A DNA stretch of 64,000 nt. Origin: Craspedostauros australis (taxonomy: Eukaryota). The DNA is taken from positions 1-64,000 of the forward strand of contig JALAGF010004801.1 of assembly GCA_030167865.1 (NCBI GenBank), in the 5' to 3' direction. A program made the translations under genes and the position numbers. How positions within the stretch are numbered: the stretch's first letter is position 1; the number at the start of each line of letters is the position of its first letter. Positions 58,700 to 64,000 of this stretch are shown here, one piece after another. Under the pieces are notes generated by a model. It ran no database searches. It saw only the letters and a list, made by a program, of their open reading frames with translations, and was not told where the DNA came from.

Positions 58700-61684
58700 C
58701 TAATAGTAACGCATCCAGTTGTGCGCTCCGCGAGGGATCATCTCTGGGACCTGGACGCGAAGGCGTTCCCACATGACGGCGTCGACGTTGCGGTAGACGA
58801 TCATTCCGATCTGCTGGGCGCGCTCGGGCAGGGCCCACATCAACACCTTGAGGTACCGGACGCGCTGTGGGTGGCGGGTCAGGTTCTGCAGCACGAACGG
58901 GATGATGATGTTCCACCGTTCGGCCTCTGTGATCTCGAAGACCTTGCGCGACATCTGCTTCTGCAGCTCCAGCGGAATGTGCTTGCGTCCGATGCACACG
59001 AGGTTGTCCTCCTCGCCGCGGAGATGCTCCTCGAAGTCATCGAAGAACGGTGGCAGGATGCGCTTGAGGACGTCGAGGGCGTCTTGGCGCACGCCAAGGC
59101 TCAGCGAGCTGTCCAGAAGCTGATTGGCGGCCTGGTTCACCTCCTCGAAGACGCGGTGGTATCCATCATGGTCGTTGTTGTACTTCTTGGCGTGCTCCGG
59201 GAACCAGTCGTTGAACATCTTGAAGATGACTTCGTCCTCGTGCTTGGAGTGCTCGTCGTGCAGGATGGAGAAGCGGTTGAGATGGACGGCGAACAGCGAG
59301 AGGTTGTCGCGCATCTCGGCGCTGTCCGTGTTGACATCGAGAACCTCCAACGAGATCCTCATCGTCTCCATGTTGCCCCGGAATGCTTCGTGGGTCAGCT
59401 TCATGAAGGACAGTGGTCCCCACTTGACTTCCGGAGTGAAGACGGTGCGGCGGTTCAGCATGCCGAACATGGTGTGGAGGAAGTTGACGAACGTGGCGAA
59501 GCTCGCGATGACCAGGAACATGAAGGACAGGGTCTCTGCGGAGCGGAATCCCGTCAACGAGTAAAACGCCGCACCACATGCCGCCAGCACGTCCAGCGAG
59601 AAGCAACCGATCCAGTAGTGCATGCCCCATGAATCGTTGCCCATGAAGGCAAGGTGTGGCAGCGACGAAACGACGATGCCAAAGAAGATGAAGATGCCGG
59701 CGAAGTAGTAGCTCGAGAATCGGATGGCGCACTCGTCGTTGCTGAAGCCGGCGCCCGCGATGCAGATGGGGAAGTCCGCAAGTCCCACGACGCATGGGGC
59801 TGCCAGCCAAACCCAGATGCCGTGGCGCACGCGGTTGTCGGAGTTGTGCGTGGTGACGGTCTTGAAGAATGTGATCGTGAACAGGACCAGCCACATTAGC
59901 TGGGCGAATGACTGGAAGAACGTGCCGACGAATACGAGTCCCACGATGTCGCTGTTGTCGGCAGCAAAGAATGGGATGACGGGAGCGACGAGCGCGGCGA
60001 CGCTGAGGCCGACTGGGAGGATCAGCCAGTGAGCGTGAACGTGCTCCATCTCCATGCGGCGGCCGATCCATTCGCCGAACTTGGTAACCGTCAGGATGAC
60101 GTGAAGGATGGACCCCATCCAGAAGAAGACTCTGGCAGCCTTCTGCGCGGGCTCTTCGTCGAGGCTTGGGTAGTTGTTGTTGAATTCAACCTCGTCGTAG
60201 AGCAAGAAGGCGAGGAGCATGATCGTGATGGTGATCATGCCGAAGGAGGGTGATGCCAATGGGCTGTCCCATTCGAGCTGGACCTTGTGGAAATAGAACA
60301 CGGCGCGGGCGGCGTAGAGCGCGAGGAAGGCGAGGAAGATCATGGCACCAAAGAACGAGATCACGTGGTGCCAGCTGTCATCGACGATGATGCTGCGCGT
60401 TCCGAGTCCCAAAACGAGAGGAGAGAAGCGCGACGTGGACCAAGACGAGGCCATCTTGAATGCAACGGCAAGTCCGTTGATGGCAAGCGGCATGGAGAAG
60501 TAGGAGACCTGCATGTTCCGGATGAGGTGGAAGTCATCCTTGGTCCATTCGTCGCTCTTCTTCTTGTACTTGAGAGCGATGGCGGAGCTGGGGTCGGTGT
60601 TGACCTTGACCGGTTCCGGGGCGTTGCTATCAGTGAATTTGTACTCCCACGATTCCTCCACCTCCTGACGTGTGGAGGTGTAGATGCGGTACACGTGGTC
60701 GGGGATGAGGCCAAGATAGATGCCGATGGCGAAGAACTCGCAGCCGAGGCAGAAGTCGAATGCCCATTCGAGGAACGAGGCACCGGCCAGGCCGATCATG
60801 AAGACCATGCCCAGGTATTCATGCCCGTCAAAGTCCACGAAGTAGAAAAGGGTTCCGAAGCCAGAGAACATGATGCCGCAGAAGGAGGCGAACTGCTTGG
60901 GTGGGCCGGGACGGAACTGTGGCTTGAACTTGGATGTGGCGACATTGGCGATCATGCCGCAGGCGGATGCGGACGCTCCCGCGACGAATCGAAGACAGAA
61001 GTCCGCGAGCACGAATGCCGCAGTGTATCGTCCCCACTTCTTGTTCCAAAAGGCCGCGGAAAGGATGGACAGGACGAAGGTTTGGAAGCCGATGACGCGA
61101 ACCGCGTAGTTGTTGACGACGTTGGGGAAGAAGAAGAGCGGGTGGCATGCGCGGCTTCGCGGAGGTGGCAAGAGACGGGCCGTCTCCAGCTGGTCGGTGC
61201 CTTCGAAGCGGGGGCGCGTGTGTTCGACTCCCTTGAGGAGGGTCTGCTCCAATGTTCCCTTGGCATGGAGTCCCTTGAGATCGTCGCACCCGCCGATGAA
61301 GTTGCCCTTGATGTAGATCATGGGGACCGTTTTGTGCTCGGTCTGCTCGCGCAGATGCTCGAAGATCAATGCCCCATCAGGGTGTTCATTGATCTCGACA
61401 ACGTGAACAGGCACGCCCAGCTGCACCGCCAGGAGATCCTTGGCATCGCGACAGAAGGGGCAGTGAGTTTTGGAGAACATGACGACGTCGTGGTCTTCGA
61501 TGATCGAAGCGACCTGCTCCTCCAGCGAAGCTCCCTTGTACGCGGAGAGATCGTTGAGGACCGTCACATTTTTGGAGTCTGAGGATTCGCCCCGGGTGTT
61601 GCCTCCGGTGGTCGTGACCTGCGGTCCTTCGACTTCGAGGTCGGCTTCCACGCCGCCCGTTTCGGGATCTGGATAAGTGGTCAT
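58700..61684 (-). CDS. Glutaredoxin - DUF4395-like - SLAC1/TDT channel - hemerythrin fusion protein (994 aa)
   Basis: FSKTHCPFC, TVP, GGCDD; FPNVVN..AVR, PKQFA, FLEWAFDFCLGC; about 10 TM from YFSMPLAINGLA to YWIGCFS; H765...HxxxE(812-816)...H839...HxxxE(887-891). Confidence 0.88.
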   Translation of the reverse strand: MTTYPDPETGGVEADLEVEGPQVTTTGGNTRGESSDSKNVTVLNDLSAYKGASLEEQVASIIEDHDVVMFSKTHCPFCRDAKDLLAVQLGVPVHVVEINEHPDGALIFEHLREQTEHKTVPMIYIKGNFIGGCDDLKGLHAKGTLEQTLLKGVEHTRPRFEGTDQLETARLLPPPRSRACHPLFFFPNVVNNYAVRVIGFQTFVLSILSAAFWNKKWGRYTAAFVLADFCLRFVAGASASACGMIANVATSKFKPQFRPGPPKQFASFCGIMFSGFGTLFYFVDFDGHEYLGMVFMIGLAGASFLEWAFDFCLGCEFFAIGIYLGLIPDHVYRIYTSTRQEVEESWEYKFTDSNAPEPVKVNTDPSSAIALKYKKKSDEWTKDDFHLIRNMQVSYFSMPLAINGLAVAFKMASSWSTSRFSPLVLGLGTRSIIVDDSWHHVISFFGAMIFLAFLALYAARAVFYFHKVQLEWDSPLASPSFGMITITIMLLAFLLYDEVEFNNNYPSLDEEPAQKAARVFFWMGSILHVILTVTKFGEWIGRRMEMEHVHAHWLILPVGLSVAALVAPVIPFFAADNSDIVGLVFVGTFFQSFAQLMWLVLFTITFFKTVTTHNSDNRVRHGIWVWLAAPCVVGLADFPICIAGAGFSNDECAIRFSSYYFAGIFIFFGIVVSSLPHLAFMGNDSWGMHYWIGCFSLDVLAACGAAFYSLTGFRSAETLSFMFLVIASFATFVNFLHTMFGMLNRRTVFTPEVKWGPLSFMKLTHEAFRGNMETMRISLEVLDVNTDSAEMRDNLSLFAVHLNRFSILHDEHSKHEDEVIFKMFNDWFPEHAKKYNNDHDGYHRVFEEVNQAANQLLDSSLSLGVRQDALDVLKRILPPFFDDFEEHLRGEEDNLVCIGRKHIPLELQKQMSRKVFEITEAERWNIIIPFVLQNLTRHPQRVRYLKVLMWALPERAQQIGMIVYRNVDAVMWERLRVQVPEMIPRGAHNWMRYY

Positions 61685-63126
61685 CTTGGACGATCACTTG
61701 GTTGCCTATGGGCTTGTTGCTGCTGTTGCTGTTGCCTTGATGGGTATGTATTGAGTCTGTGTTGGGCGGCAATTGTTGGCAGGAGTGCACAATAGGCAGG
61801 CATGGATCGATGAGGATGGCACGACAATGGCATGAGAAGGGATCGGTGAGTGGCTTCATCGCAATACGAGTGGATGCCTTGAGGTACTTAGTTTGGAAGA
61901 GATCGAGGCCTTCGTTGCTGCGCGTGGAACTCTCAACGAAGACACAAAGCAACGACCGAGATTCAGGAGCCACCGTAACCCGCCATTGTCACATTGTCAC
62001 CATTGTCAGCATCGCCACCGTCGTTGCCGCCAGCAAAGTGTTGGCCATTGCCCTTGGTTGCAAGACGAAGCGCAAGCAGGAGTACTGCCTGACAGCAAAG
62101 CGAGCAATCGTATCCAAGCTGTGCGTTGTCACCATACTCACCCGCAGAGTAAAGTCTTCGTATTGCCGGACTATTCTGATTTGATGTGACACGGAACTGT
62201 TGCTTCGCAGTCGAGGTCGATGTCGAAATTATGAGATCTTTGGGTGAGTTGCTTGATGTTTGTCAGCGCGATGTTTGTTGATGTTGGTATCGTGGTTGCG
62301 GTAACATCACCGCAAGGCAGACAGTGTTCTCATGCCCTCTTGAAACACGCAACATCAACACTGCAACCACGCAGCGAATCTTTAAAGCTGATCATTCCTT
62401 CGTGGTTGTGACTCCGCGTGTTTGGGAATTCAGGCGTCGGTCTGCGTGTTCCATTCCCACAGGAAGAGGAAGACAGCGTCAACCGTTCTGGTTGATGTCG
62501 TTGGTGTTGTGGGTGTCAACATTTTCAAGTGTCAAAGAAGTGTTCCTTTCTTGTGGTTGCACGGAATTGGCCTGTTGCGATGCGCTTTGCCGGTTACTTG
62601 GTGGCGTTCGGGCGCTCAAAGAGCCTTGGTTCCCTCTCTCTCTCTGTGTTTGCGCGGGCGTGTGCCAACTTCCGAGCGGTTGTTTCGTGGCCACAATTGG
62701 CGAAATTGAAGTCGACAGTCGCCACAGAGAGAACAGGGCAGATGTCGCAGCCGAAACGATACAATGGATTGTATCACGTCACCATGTTGCGGAACGTGAG
62801 TTTTATCTCTTGGTGATCGTGACATTCCAAGCAGTATCGCATGGTTATGGGACTTGGCCATTCCTGCATGGAATTGCATGGCACACGAACCAGTTGTGCG
62901 TGGGGATCGGCATCACATGAAGTTTCAGCACAGTTGCATGCAGTGAGCTGACCGATTCATGACCAATGGACGTTAACAAGAGGTGATACTCCACTCTTGC
63001 TCTGTCTCGGTTCTCGAAGACAAATTTGGTCTCCACACTCCACACTTCTGCACCCAAGAGCGCGGAAGGGCGGCAAGATCCCATGTAGAGAAGGACGAAG
63101 AGAAACGATGAGACCCACCGAACACA

Positions 63127-63200
63127 ACGACATCACGACATCACGACATCACGACATCACGAGGGAACAACAAGGAACAAGGAACAAGGAACAAGAACAG
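63127..63200. repeat. (ACGACATC)4 and (CAAGGAA)n short tandem repeats
   Basis: Direct reading of the sequence. Confidence 0.85.
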
Positions 63201-64000
63201 TGGGGACACAAGGAAGGAGAGAACGTCCCGTGTTGTTGGCTGCACAATCCACCAGATACAAGATTTCGACCAGATTGTTCGTCGCAGTCATGAAGTGCGT
63301 TCTCATGCGTGAAACGGAGACGTCGGAGATGTCGGAGACGCAACGGAGTTCGTGTAAAATATTCATTTCACACATAAATGATAGCTTTGTGAGAGTGGAA
63401 TGATTGTGGTCGGTTTGATCATGACATCAAGAACCGGCTACGAACTCAAATCTAGAGAGAGAGAAAGAGGATAGCATCATGGATTCGTCCATGTGCAGTA
63501 TCAAAGATGCGAGTACAGATCAAGAGGTACCTCACTCTGTTGAATAACATGGACTATCATGAAACGCACACCGCATGCGCATGTATGTGTCAAACGTGAC
63601 ATGAAGTAGAGACTTTCATTCTGGTAGCTTGTGGTGACTATTTACCCAACAATCGATTGATCCCATGACACCACTCGACGGCAGAGTACTTGTGGAGCAG
63701 ATCGGACTGGTCTATCCCAGTCTGTATGCAATCGCGGTTAATGTGCATTCGTTGTGTTGAGAAATCAGCTGAACAAAAGTGGTTAGAGCACAACAGAACG
63801 GAGAGAGAGAGATACAAGCTCTGTGAGTCATTCATGTTTGGATGCTCTGAAGCACAGGGCTGATAACCATCATATGTGCTGATGTCGCTGCTGTTCCACC
63901 ACCATCCACATTGTGGAGTGATGAAAGAATGTGCGTGCTACGGTTATCTCCCAACACGTAATAGCGCCAGAGCGCTCGCCAAGGAGTGGGAATGTAGCTC

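Noticed and set aside
60287-61582. 431-aa plus-strand ORF
   Set aside because: Antisense shadow of the fusion gene.
61700-64000. Coding genes at the window end
   Set aside because: Only short ORFs without recognisable motifs.

Overview
Eukaryotic nuclear DNA, most likely a diatom (GT-AG introns, bipartite signal + ASAF-type plastid presequences, Ambal-like LINE). It starts with an apparently intact non-LTR retrotransposon (ORF1; ORF2 = APE-RT-RNase H-CCHC). A gene-dense block follows: gamma-COP, Fhit/HIT hydrolase, a plastid protein, APC11, a protist-type membrane adenylyl-cyclase-like protein, PWP2, a PsbP-like lumen protein, NDUFV1, a second Tat lumen protein, an HPAT/SERGT1-like glycosyltransferase, a gapped region with LTR-like relics, an EF-hand type I membrane protein, a degenerate GT61-like gene, a MACPF-like protein, an SDR, a small membrane protein and FANCM. 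The last gene is the most striking: a single-exon 994-aa fusion of CPFC glutaredoxin, DUF4395-like membrane domain, SLAC1/TDT anion channel and HHE hemerythrin, a candidate redox/iron/O2-gated channel. Also notable: a cyclase lacking both metal-binding Asp, FANCM with NZF and PZP fingers, and APC11 lacking its third Zn site. Family calls come from motif recognition by eye; no database search was run.
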